DNA of 63,489 bases, the filler included, from Kipferlia bialata (lineage: Eukaryota), in assembly GCA_003568945.1 (NCBI GenBank). It is 6 parts of 5 records of this genome, joined end to end, with 100 filler letters (N's around TTAATTAATTAA, not from the genome) between each part and the next. Parts side by side here need not be neighbours in the genome. Positions count along the whole stretch, not along the records: positions 1 to 26,498 come from BDIP01000001.1; 5 more parts are not named here. One strand, 5' to 3'. Numbering within the stretch: the first letter of the stretch is position 1; each line of letters starts with the position of its first letter. The notes under the pieces are model-generated. The model searched no databases, was not told where the DNA came from, and saw only the letters and a list, made by a program, of their open reading frames with translations. Below, piece after piece: positions 10,670-22,353 of the stretch. The position numbers and the translations under genes were made by a program.

Positions 10670-13628
10670 ATGGGGGGTGATTGTGCCCCACCGGAGGCCC
10701 CTGCGGCAAAGCGTCAGGTTGAGGCTATTCCAGGCTTGTCTCCTCTCGGGAACCTGGATTTCCAGTCCAACGAGCCGTTGGTAGTGGATGAGAGTGCCAG
10801 TATTGTGTCTGGGAAGTTCCACGATGGCAAGGCAAAGACGCTGAAGGAGCTTGGTGTGAGGTCAGCTTTGGGGGTCATTGGTGAGGGTACCTATGGTCGT
10901 ATCTACAAGGGCACCATGAAGGGGAAGGCCATTGCTGTCAAGCAGTACCTTAAGGTAATACTATGTTCCTCTGTCTGGCACCCACCCCTCTATCTTTACT
11001 CTCCCTTGTGTCTCACTTCAGGGGTTCCACATCACGTCTTTCCGAGAGGCTGTCATCATGCGGTATTTCACAGCCCTCCGGCGGTCTGAGCGGTACGGTA
11101 TAAGCTTCAGACTCTTGCTGGACCCCCTCATCCATCTCTCCACCCGTCGCAGTATTAGGTGTATATTTGCCCATCAGTCTCATGTCATTCTCACCCCTAG
11201 CCCTGGTCCCGATGCCCACTGGCCCCTGGCAGAGTGTCTCAAGGTGGCTCGGCCCAATGACGAGAACGAGGAGGTAGTGGGGTCTACTTGTATGTGTGAT
11301 ATCCATGTCGTGTCTCACCCCAGATCTGTGTTGTAATGCCCTTCTGCCCCTATGACCTGTACGGCCTCATCAAGAGGTAAGCAGGGATGCAGGGAGGTGG
11401 TACCACTCTGGCACCCATCTCACCTGCTACTCACTCTCCAGTGGCGATGCCGCCCAGCTGAACCTGGCTGCCATCAAGAGCATCATGCGGGACATCGTGG
11501 ACGGGGTCGATATCATGCACAGGTGGGGTTGCAGTATGGGAGAGGGGTCCTATCGGTGTCTGAATATTCATAATGTACCTCTCCTCCTGTCCTCCTATCT
11601 CACCGGCAGGTTCAAGCACCTGCACCGTGATCTGAAGAGCAGCAACATCCTGATCAACGCCAAGGGCAGGGCCATCATCACAGACTTTGGAATGACACGC
11701 AGGTCAGTCGGGGCACCTGCCTTCAGTGCATATGCATATGTTAACATATATATGTGTGTTTCTATTGTATCTTGAGCCGGCATGGATGGATCTGCCTGGA
11801 TGACATCTGCCCACCCCAGGCTCCCCCTCAACCACCCCTCCACCCCCCAGCAGATCAAGACACACGAGAACAACAAGGATGGGACCGGGGTGAGGCTGCT
11901 GTTTCTTCTATTTCTTCTATTTGTGTTTCTGCTACCTCTCCACAACTGAGGAGTTCTGTATTACTTGTATGTTATGTGGGTATTCTCACTCCAGGATGCC
12001 CGGCGAATGGGGCGGAAACCCCTGTCTCCCAAGCCCAGTACCCGTTGGTACATTGCCCCTGAGCTTCTGTTGAAGGACCAGTACTACAGGTATCAGTGTC
12101 TATGATATGATAGGGTACCTGGTGATCAGATAGTGATACTGCCTCTGTTGATGAACCAGTACAGGTATTGCCCTGTCATATGACCTGCTCTGATGTGTGT
12201 GTGTCGTACTTAGATTTGGTTATGCCTCTGGACTTCACCCCATGCTGACACCAGTCTGCCGTCTGACATATTTGCCATGGCGGCTGTGTTCATAGACCTC
12301 ATTGCCGGCAAGGCACCCTTTGTGCTGGAGAAGGTGGGTCTGTGGTGTATAGTATCAGTATGGTGTGTATGAAGGTGGGTCTGTGGTGGTGGTGTCTGTA
12401 GGAGAGTGATTAATGTGCTGTACAGACAGGTGCTCAGTATCCACTCTCCCTGCCCTCCCACTCACCCCAGCACCACGACAAGGACTCTGCCGACTACCAG
12501 TACCTGACCCAGCAGCTACAGACACTGGGCGTGGTGAGTGTGCCTGTCTCTCACAGTCATCCAGTTTCCCACTCATGTAGTCTCCGTGTAGTCTCCATAT
12601 ACACTCACTGCAACTGCTGCCCCCCCCCCCTCACCCCAGCCCACTGCCAAGGACTGGCCCAGGGGTGTGCAGCTGGTGGCGGTACGTACTGTGTTAGATA
12701 CCCCCAACTTCCATACCTAGTGGTTGCACATTCACTCCGCTATCTCTTTGTCAGGTACTTTGCCTTTGTTCTTGTCACATCAGGACCTTAACAGGGAGAA
12801 GAAGGGGACTTGGGCTGCCCCCAGTGCTGACACCTGTCTCAGCATCTCGGTACGTATGGATGTCAATACCCTGTCAGTGCTGGGATGGTGGCTGGTGGAT
12901 CACAGTGTATAACCCCCCCCCACTCCAGGTCCACGAGGCCCTGGACCGTCTCATCAGAAGGCGGTTCAGCAGTGAGTACAGCGCATACCCTGAGAGCTGC
13001 AAGGTGTGTACATGTTGCCATTGCATCTCTCTTCCCTGTCTCTCATGAATCAGTCCTCATCCACATCCCACTGACTGCAGGCCCTTGTCAATGTACTCAC
13101 CCACATGATGGCCCTCAACCCTGCCAAGCGGTACAGAACCGGCCAGCTGCTAAGGTGGGTGCTCCCTAATCACTCTCTTGCACTATACCACTACAATGCG
13201 TGGGTTGTCTCTTACCCTCCAGGCACCCCTTCTTCAATGACTCCCTGCTCCCCCGGGCCTCCCCCCCTACCAACCTCCCCGACAAGTCTGTGCTGGACAA
13301 GAGTGTTGCCAGGTTGACTGGAGGTAGGGGGTGCATGTGTTTAGTGTCAGTACTTGGTTTATGTGTTTGGTCGACTTGACCCGTGTTGTTTGAATCTGTC
13401 TCACCCCAGGTCAGGGCTCTTTTGTACTGTACGGCAACCTGTTCAAGCAGCTGCAGGAGGACAAGGACAGAGACAGGCAGAGAAGGGGACCCAAGGAGGC
13501 ATACAGGTCAAGGTGAGCCGCAGTGGTAGTATGTGTTACAGATGGTTTACTAGAACTGATTGTATTGTACTCATATTGACACCAGGTCTCATGGTGCTCC
13601 TATCAGACGACCACACCACCATAAATAG
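10670..13628 (+). CDS. Cyclin-dependent kinase-like Ser/Thr kinase (CDK9/CDK11-like), ~14 exons
   Basis: IGEGTYGRIYKG, AIAVKQY, GFHITSFRE (PITALRE/PITSLRE-like helix), HLHRDLKSSNILIN, DFGMTR, TRWYIAPELLL, SDIFAMA, MMALNPAKRYRTGQLLRHPFF. Confidence 0.9.
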
Positions 13629-14366
13629 ATAGATGGGTCATTGGTATGCAGTTCACTTTGTTGTATTGGGCTCAGTTTGTAATGGGTTCTGGGTGGCACT
13701 GTGTCTAGCCAGCACTGCAGAGGGGGAGGTACTGGGTGGACCTCTCCCCATATCTAGAAATGACATACTAACACAAACATATTGTCAGATAGTGAATATA
13801 AAGTCACTCCAACAACACAAGAGAGAGTGGGGGAGTTAGAAGCCAACCGTACATATGCAAACTCAGGTGTGGAGGTAACCACACTATATCTCCACGAGTT
13901 TATTATGACTGAGACATTCTTGACAAACCCCTGTCGACTTGAGCATCCCCCCCCCCCCACTCTCACTGGATGAGGTTAGGGCTGATGTTTGCAGCATAGT
14001 AAGTCACCACACCAATAACCCTCGGGACCCGATAGTGAATTTGCATCGTCTCTTCCATTGTCTTGTCATTGCTAGTAGATCGCATGCGCCTGGCAGGTAC
14101 ATCTTTTGCATGGGTCACCCAGGCATTATTTTTCGATTCTCTGACGTTGTGTCTACGGGGTAGCCGTTGACCCCTTGTGTGACAGAGAGACAGTGTACCC
14201 TGCAGTGTGTATGAGGGGATACAGGGATTATACACAACCAGTCACACGCGAAAAGCGAATAGATCCATTGGCACCAGATACATGCTCTCGAATACTGTTG
14301 AAATACTCTATTGCAATCTATATGATAAGCCGACGAACGGTTCTCAAAGTGTTTGAGAACAATTCA

Positions 14367-15191
14367 TCAGTGCATCAATGCATCATGGATAAACTTCTCC
14401 AGCTTCTCGACCGTCTCTGGACCGCATTCCGTGTAGAGCTTCGAGATCATGCCAGTCCTCATGTGGTACGCGAGATCCTCAGAAGGGACATGATCCCCAT
14501 TAGGGTACTGACAGCCCAATACCTTCAATTCACTAGCAGTGATGACCCCGGTGTCTTCCACCTGGTATTGGCGAAAGGAATGTAAATTCATATATACTAT
14601 ATCCATATTTATGGGGGTGGGGGCAACTATCAAGGAAATACTGAAGAATGCTCTGACACACGTTGAGGAAGACTGTCACAGGATATGCACTCCAGGACAT
14701 ACCTCCTGGAGTATTTGCGACACATCTGGAGAGAGATGGTCAACGATCCCGAGATCGTACTCCGACTGAGAGATTCCTTGGTGAGTGACTTGGAGAGACA
14801 TAATGGGGAGAGATAGAAGATATAGAGATAGAAGATATAGAGATAGAAGATATAGAGATAGAAGATACAGAGATAGAAGATATAGAGATAGAAGATATAG
14901 AGATAGAAGAGGTGTCGGAGACGCACCTGCATTGACCAGCTTGCGGACGGTCCACTCATTGTCAGGGTAGGACTCAATCAGCTGTTTGATGACTAGGAAA
15001 GACAGGTGCCTCATTGACCGTACAATGTCTGCTGCTTTCACGTGTGGTCTGTGAGAAGGAGTGGGACTTGCAGGAAGGGCTGAAAACTGAGATGACCTCT
15101 CGGCCCCTTCAGGACGCTGATCAGCATTCCGCTTGGCATCAGGCTCCAGAGGAGGCCCACAGGTACCCATACTGAGTATATTACCCATCAC
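14367..15191 (-). CDS. Hypothetical protein, multi-exon (may extend towards ~13960)
   Basis: MGNILSMGTCG...RKLVNA|GISQSEYDLGIVDHLSPDVSQILQE, with an intron GTGCGT...CTCACCAAG that contains the 15-bp repeat. Downstream exons are ambiguous. Confidence 0.4.
14811..14910. repeat. 15-bp tandem repeat (AGATAGAAGATATAG) x ~6.7, intronic
   Basis: Six full units (one with a T>C change) plus a partial unit, read directly. Confidence 0.95.
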
Positions 15192-15694
15192 TGATGGGCC
15201 ATCAGGGAATGACGATGAGTCGAAAAGGATGACTCTGAGGAAATGTTTTTGGCGGCTATCAAGCCTAGCCCCTTATGTGATGTATATGAATTATGGCGTA
15301 ACGCCATTGGCGTATCAATGGGCGTTGCTTGTAGGCACCATAGGGCCCATTGGCGAGGCTTGTTATGCTCGCCGTATGTATCACACCATTTCCTCACTCC
15401 AATCAGGTTGCTCTAATGGAAAGCAGTTCCCATACCTCAAGCTATTGTTACATTATTATTATACATATACAGTACATGCTGGCTTTTGATTAGCAGTCTG
15501 CTCTCGGGCGACCACACTACCAATTAGCACAGGATGGATATCGGGTAAATGATGTTGAGGTCATTGAGGTTACTTTAGAACAATCCCAAGACAATCTGCT
15601 GCAAATAATATATATTCTCCTTCAGTCCTCTAGACTGAGGCTAAGACGTAGCTACACGTAACACAAGCGACAAAAACGAACACACACATACTGT

Positions 15695-16874
15695 CTAGGC
15701 GGACGACTGATCGTTAAGGAATGCCTGCATCTCTGTGAGCAGCTTGTGGATGAGCTCGTTCTTGCCCTGCTCCTTGGCCCACTTCATGTACCTCTTGTAG
15801 TAGATGACAGAGTCCTTGGAGCCCGTCCTCAGCACTCTCTCGTACAGACCCATCACAGCCTCATCCGCCAGCTTGGCCTCGGCTATGTCCAGGTACTGGC
15901 TCCACACGTCAGACCGGTCCTTGTAGTCCACCACAAGCCTCTCGAACTCCTCGATGCCCTCCCTCTGCCGGGTGGAGTCCCCACACTTGCACAGGCTCCT
16001 GGCGTACAGAAGCTCGATGGTCTTGATGTTGGCTCTGCACTGCTTGCTGAGGGTCCTCTTGGTGGCACCTGCCGACAGAGACTTCTTGGCACGGACCACC
16101 ATCTTACCGGCGTCCTTGTACTTGGAGGCAGCAAACATCATCTTGATGATGGTGGTCCACAGCTTGACGTTGGCCCTGTGCCTCTTGACCCTGGCTGTCT
16201 GGCCAGTCACCAGCTCGGACATGAGGGAGAGGGCAATGGCACTGTCGGTGTCGGCAATGCCTCCGCAGAAGGACATGTAGAGGTCGGCCTCGTCGAAGGC
16301 CTGAGCCTCCTCACCCTGGGGTCAGCTACGCATACACTAGAGACAGTCACACAAGTACATGAGACGCCTCTAGACCCGTCATACGCCATACCTTGAGGAC
16401 GTTCATGAGGTTGGCAGTGTCCACCAGGTGCTCCAGGTTGAGCCATCCGACCATGACGTTGAGCCTCTCCTTCTCGGTAACTGCCTCATCAGAGGCGGCG
16501 AGGGACAGACCGCGTCTCAGCACGGAGCGGGCCTCATCAGCAGTGTGCCTCTCGGCAAGGTAGGCAGCGTACTGCAGGTATGCATAACTGGGGGTCAGAT
16601 AGAGAATAATACATAATACACTAACGACTGTACAGGAGTGTTCTCCCACCATGTTAGTACTGCCTCAGACAAATATCCAATGTAGACAATATCCAACACA
16701 TACAGACCTGGAGTCGGGGTTGCTGGCGATGAAAGCCTCGTACTCCTGGATGGACTGGGGGGTGGCGCCTGGGGGTGGGAGGGGGGATGCAGCGGCAGTG
16801 AGCATATAGAGTGACAATTACATACCCTCCAGACGGCGCTGCTCGGCCTCAATGGTAGAGTGGGACAGAAGGGC
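15695..16874 (-). CDS. RRP5: rRNA biogenesis protein RRP5, C-terminal HAT/TPR region only (5' part missing)
   Basis: YEAFIASNPDSSYAYLQYAAYLAE...DEARSVLRRGL...EKERLNVMVGWLNLE, KLWTTIIK, FERLVVDYKDRSDVWSQYLD, LYERVL, YYKRYMKWAKEQG follow the Rrp5 C-terminal HAT repeats. Confidence 0.88.
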
Positions 16875-17093
16875 CTGGGGTGAGGGGATGGGGGGGGGGG
16901 GGGGGGGGGCCCCCCACCTCTCCCCCCCCCCCCTCCCCCCCCCCCCCCCCCCCCCCCCCTTCTTTCATTATGTGTCTCTGTCTCTGTGCTTAGTCAACAT
17001 GGTATAGTCATACACCAATATGTCTTTGTATATAATCCCTAACTACATTGTACCGTTGTATACCCACAGTCCCTCTATACACACCAACACCAG

Positions 17094-19032
17094 GCAGTTG
17101 CCAGTGTGGCAGCGACGCAGAGTAGGGAGCACCTCCAGGTCACCCTGTGCCGAGAGAGACGCAGGGCCCTGATGGAGGCCCAGTCCTGTGCCGCCCAGAG
17201 GGGTGTGTACACAGCAGCCCTTAACGATAGAGAGGCAGGGCGTGAGGAGGGTCTGGATGAGCATGCGGTGCAGGAGCATGTGCAGAGACTGCTGGCCAGG
17301 GAGTCTGCCGCACTCATGTATGCCAAGCAGCTGAAGAGAGACATTGCCCGTCGGTGTCAGCCTGCCGGTCCTGCCTCTGCACCATTAGGCAATGGTACAC
17401 AGCTACCATACTCCTCAGGTGTCCAGAGTATGGGTGGGTATGGGGTGGGTACAGATATGTCCTCTACTTCTGGTCTGGAAGAGAGGGACGGTGACTATAT
17501 GGAGACTAGACGGCATGAGCGCCGGTTGAATAGGGGTGGTGCCTCTGTTCACAGTTCTGGTGGTGTTTATGTTCATAGTGGACGTGCTCCATATGGTCAG
17601 ACTTATGGTACACAGAGGGTACACACTCAGGGTGCACGTACCCAGTTTGGACAGTATCAGAGTGGAGGGATAGCTAGTGGAGATATACCTTATCGTCAGA
17701 CATATGATGAGACACATGGTGAGACACACGCTAATGGAGGTCTCGCCTCTCTGAGACAGGGGAATGATAGGACAGGAGCGACCACTACTGTTGCCAGAGA
17801 GCCTGCTGCAGACGGAGGGCCAGTGCACATGTCACCTACCATACCCAGCAGACGGTCAAGACACTATCAGTGTGTGAGGGAGAGAGAGGACTGGTGGGCC
17901 GGGTTTACTCCAGCAACTGATATCATTGCAGGGAGAGAGAAGGGGGCACCTCGGAATGACAGTGGTAAGAGTGGGGAGAGAAAGGGTTCCCACACAAGAA
18001 GAGTGGTGAAGAAGAATGCGCACCCTACTGGTACCACCTGTGGAGATGTGGAGTGTGGGGATCCTAGATGTGCCAGAGGTAAGGCATATAGAGTGGTAAT
18101 GACTACTTATATCGTAGATAGATATTCACTGATGTCACATCAGTGATGTGTGTTCATTCAAGCATTGCCTCACAGCCAGAAACCCGGCGGGAAGTAAGAA
18201 TCAAGTACCAGAGACGCCTGACAGCGGCGAGGAGGAAGTACCAGTGTCTGCAGGCCTGGGTACCGGGTACCAAGCGATCCCATGATGTTGTGGTGTGCCC
18301 CACCTCCTTGCAGAGTGGGGATGAGACTGCACACATTAGCTATCGCACACCCCCTTCCATCCGCACTGTCTGTCCTGATGCCCTGTCTGCCGTACCAACA
18401 GGGGGGCTGGTGCCGGCCATACCCAGGTAGCACTCAATATATTCAGTATCTAATACTAATCACTTCGGTTGCATTCACCATGTAAAACCGTATGTGCATA
18501 TACCACTGACGACCATATAGTTTCACCCTATATATATCTGACGCCCAGGGCCCTGCTCCCCCTGTCAGTCTTCTCCCGACACGTTGCCTGGGGTGTCCTG
18601 TCCCACCTGTTCCTATACGACATGGCTGCTCTGTCCTTCTGCCCTGTCAGAGAGTCACCCCTCGGCATCCAGAGGGTGTGCTGTACCATACCATGCGACG
18701 CAGACTATGTACCACTGCGGCAGCCTGTCACGTACCTCTCTGTGTCCATCCGTATAGGGATTGAGACTGACACACATGGTATGTATAAGAGTGGCAGAGA
18801 GTATGATAATGAGAGGAGTGGGTGGTCCACCATATGCAATGTGCCTATTCCATTTGGGAAGGCGACTGGGGAGGCTCTATTGCCGTCAGTGCGTCGCACA
18901 ACTGCTACCAGCACTGATTCGGAAGGTGATGTGTACCATTCTATACGCATTGAGTGGAGTCAAGAGGAGGAGAACGAAATTCTCGAGGCTATTCGATTCA
19001 GTTCAGTCACGTTATCGCAGTGTAACCAATAG
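17094..19032 (+). CDS. Hypothetical protein, 5'-partial, low-complexity middle, ~3 exons
   Basis: A ~1-kb open exon follows acceptor CCAACACCAG, and further exons follow CTCACAGCCAG and CTGACGCCCAG. No family recognised. Confidence 0.55.
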
Positions 19033-19207
19033 AACCTTCTGATCTCTCACTCATTCCTAAACATATCGAGTTGTTACTGAGCGAGAATTCTATACCCTTT
19101 AGTCATCTATTCAAAAACAGTTTTTGACTGCCCCTCAAATCGTCACGTGTGGAGACAAAGTAAGACCAGAGTCAACGCCATCCTTTTCTTTTGCACACCC
19201 CGCTAAC

Positions 19208-20564
19208 ATGGACATCCAGAACAAGACCGTAGGTGGGTAAATGTGGTTTAAGTTGAGTAGTCTACTCTTTTCCTTGTTATTTGGCAGTGTGGGTGTACAA
19301 CTGTTGATACGTGTTCACTTGAGTCATTCTCATGCCAGCTGAGCACAAGGCCGCTGCCCGCGAGCTTATCGCCGAGCTCCGTGAGCTTTCCAAGTCCGGA
19401 AAGGTCAACCTTTACAACTCTGACTGGCTCCGCACATGGGACCTCTCCCAGGAGGAGCTCCGTGCCACCGTCATCGTGACCCTCGTGCTCCAGCACCTCT
19501 ACGCTGCCAACGTCGACTGCCGCATGTTCGCCTCCGGCCTCGCTGTTTCTGAGTTCCGTGACAACTCCACCCGTACCCGTTTCTCCTTCATGAACGCCGC
19601 CTCCTTCCTCGGACTCACCCCCACCGAGCTCGAGCCCTCCAAGTCCCAGATCGCCCACGGTGAGACCATCCGTGAGACCGCCGCCATGATCTCCTTCATG
19701 ACCGAGGTTGTCGGCATCCGTGACGACAAGTACATCCACGAGGGACACGCCTACCAGCTGTCCATCGCTGAGGCCCTCGAGGCTGCCCACCAGGAGGGCG
19801 TGCTCAACCAGCGCCCCTGCGTGATCAACCTCCAGTGCGACGAGGACCACCCCACCCAGTCCATGTCCGACCTCGTGCACATCGGCCGCCACTTTGGCTC
19901 CCTCGAGGAGATCAAGGGCAAGAAGATCGCCATGTGCTGGGCCTACTCCCCCTCCTACGGCAAGCCCCTGTCCGTCGCCCAGTCCCTCGTGACCCTCCTC
20001 CCCAGGTTCGGCGCTGACCTCCACCTCGCCTACCCCGAGGGATACGACCTCCTCCCCGAGGTGCTCGAGGAGGCCAAGAAGCAGGCTGCCGCCCACGGTG
20101 GCAAGCTCACTGTCGGCCACTCCATGGACGAGGCCTGCGCTGACGCCGAGGTTGTGTACTGCAAGTCCTGGTGCCCATACACCATCCTTGAGAAGAAGGC
20201 CGAGCTCGTGCGCGCCGGCAAGATGGTCTCCCCCGAGATGGACCAGCTTGAGGCCGACGGCCTGTGCCGCAACAAGGACCACATGGACTGGACTGTCACT
20301 GAGGCCCTCATGGCCAACACCAAGCCCACCAAGGACCTGCCCGAGGCCCTCTACATGCACTGCCTGCCCGCTGACATCACTGACGTGTCCTGCAAGGCCG
20401 GTGAGGTCGAGGCCGCCGTCTTTGAGAGGCAGCGTGTCGGCACCTACCACGAGGCCAAGAACAAGCCCTTCGTGCAGGCCGCCATGATCGCTCTCTGCCG
20501 CAAGCCCGAGATCGCTGACACCCTGACCACCATCGTGGACAACGACAAGAAGAGGGCTATGTAA
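19208..20564 (+). CDS. ygeW: Knotted carbamoyltransferase YgeW (bacterial type), exons 19208-19232 and 19339-20564
   Basis: FRDNSTRTRFSF, KSQIAHGETIRETA, GIRDD, NLQCDEDHPTQSMSDL, KGKKIAMCWAYSPSYGKPLSV, YCKSW, ALYMHCLPADITDVSCKAGEV are YgeW-specific motifs. A probable 106-nt intron GTGGGT...TTCTCATGCCAG adds MDIQNKTVA in frame. Confidence 0.95.
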
Positions 20565-20967
20565 GACATCCCCTCAGAGACATTCCTGTCGTCCCGTCGG
20601 CCCGTCCTGCAGGCACACTCGCTATGTATGTAGCTAGGGTGAGTGTGGGAGGGGTCGTATGCCGGGGAACCCAAGCTGGCTCCGACCGTTTAGGGGCTGG
20701 TATATACTCACCACTGGAGACACTCTGCGGCTATATGCTGATGGGGTTTTGTGTAGTGGTGTAACCCGGGGAAGATGAAGATGCGATAAGTAAATAGTCT
20801 TTCGGTAGTTTGTGATTCACAATGTGAATGAGTGTTGTTGGAGGACAGATGTATAACCAGCAGAACATAGTATAGAATCTATATAGTTTTGATGATCTAT
20901 AGATCTACAAATTCATGTATTCATATTCTTATTCTACTCGATCACATAGCAATGATACATAGACCCC

Positions 20968-21832
20968 TCACACTTTATAGCTAACCATCTCTTCCTCCTC
21001 CTCCCCATGCTTGCACATCCCCATACAGCACAGACCCATCACAACCACCACAGAGAGCATCACCAGGCCCCCCACCACAGCTATCAACCCCTCCCTCACA
21101 CTCCACGATAGGATACCTGATGCTGCCTCCACCCACGCCTCATCACTCGTGGTGTACACACAGCTGAAGGACATGCCACTAGTGACCACGGCCCCTGTCT
21201 CTAGGGTGACACACATGCAGTTGGACCCACCCCCTTCAAACACAAAGGAATCAGTGGTGTCAATGATACCGGATGAGGTGGAGGAGAGAGACCACAGGTC
21301 AGACTCGCCCCCGGCAGTGCAGGTGGCCTCGTACACAGAGACATGGGAGTCAGGGTCTAGTACACCTAGGAGTGGGAAGAGGGGAGATGCCGGGGGGAGA
21401 GGGGGGAGAGAGAGAAATAGTACCTGTGCACGTGATGTTGGCCGACACCATGTCCTGTGGGTGTATGGTGAAGGTGTCATACTGGTAGGGCTCGTAGCGG
21501 GTGTTGGACACACTGCCATTGGCTGCAGTGATGTCATGGTTCACATAATCAAGGGCCTTGGGAGTACTGGAAGGTGCAGGGTCGGTAGGGACACCATTAG
21601 CACTACTAGCACTGGCAACACTAGCATTGGATACACTAGCACTGGATACACTAGCACTGGATACACTGGCACTGGATACACTAGCACTGGATACACTAGC
21701 ACTGGATACACTAGCACTGGATACACTAGCATTGGACACTGTGACTGACTGGTGGGTGTTGAGGGAACACCTCAGGGCAAGCACACACCCAGTCACAAAC
21801 ACTATGAGAGAGAGGCCGGTGCCCAGACCCAT
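20968..21832 (-). CDS. Type I membrane protein with signal peptide, (SSASV)n mucin-like stalk and C-terminal TM helix, 2 exons
   Basis: MGLGTGLSLIVFVTGCVLA; intron GTACTA...CACTCCTAG near 21423-21366; TM segment LIAVVGGLVMLSVVVVMGLCC followed by a short tail. Confidence 0.7.
21604..21738. repeat. 15-bp coding tandem repeat (ACACTAGCACTGGAT) x ~9
   Basis: Read directly. Encodes SSASV/SNASV on the minus strand. Confidence 0.93.
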
Positions 21833-22353
21833 CAGGGTCTTGGACAGTCCTGGGGTAAGGGCAAAGCAGAGGCACTCTCCCTATAGGATAGTATACATAA
21901 GGACAGAGTACAGAGTCAGACACACACTCTCCCACTATGATAAGCGGCATACCTCTACTCCCCATAATGCTGCTGTCCAGTACTTGATATTATTGGGTGA
22001 GACGGCATGGCCTCTGAGTCCGGCACTACCCTGAGACTGGGTTGGTAGTGCGTGATGTCCTAGCATATCTCTGTGGAACCCTCATATCCTGAGGTCTTCT
22101 CTCAGGGTCTGTCATTGGGTCTACAGCCAGTTACAGAACACTGACATATACCCTCATGGTCAGTCAGGACATGGGCAGCAGTGCCACGCCTCCATACAGG
22201 TGGATATGAAAGGTGAGACACTCTAGTCTGACATAGCACATGTCATTGGATCAGTGTCACCGTGTAGATCTAGTCACAATTTGATAATCATATGTTGATT
22301 CCTTGCTTCTCTATCCAACCATGATCCACAATACCAGACACCCTAACTCCCAG

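Noticed and set aside
14676..15191. (LYLLS)n or (RYRDR)n repeat protein
   Set aside because: The 15-bp repeat lies between a GT donor and a CTCACCAAG acceptor, so it is most likely intronic.
19248..20450. Long antisense ORFs (also 1705-2355, 5466-6530, 15746-16396)
   Set aside because: These are shadows of strongly codon-biased sense genes (ygeW, RPS5, RPL7, RRP5) and show no independent protein features.
1639..20564. Alternative genetic code (TAA/TAG = Gln as in hexamitid diplomonads)
   Set aside because: RPS5 and ygeW end at TAA and RRP5 at TAG at the expected C-termini, and no in-frame TAR codons occur in conserved exons.
19332..20564. ygeW as bacterial contamination or as ordinary ornithine carbamoyltransferase
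   Set aside because: It is contiguous with eukaryotic genes and has host-like codon usage, a probable intron and a poly(A) signal. The motifs are YgeW-specific and the OTC SMG loop is absent.
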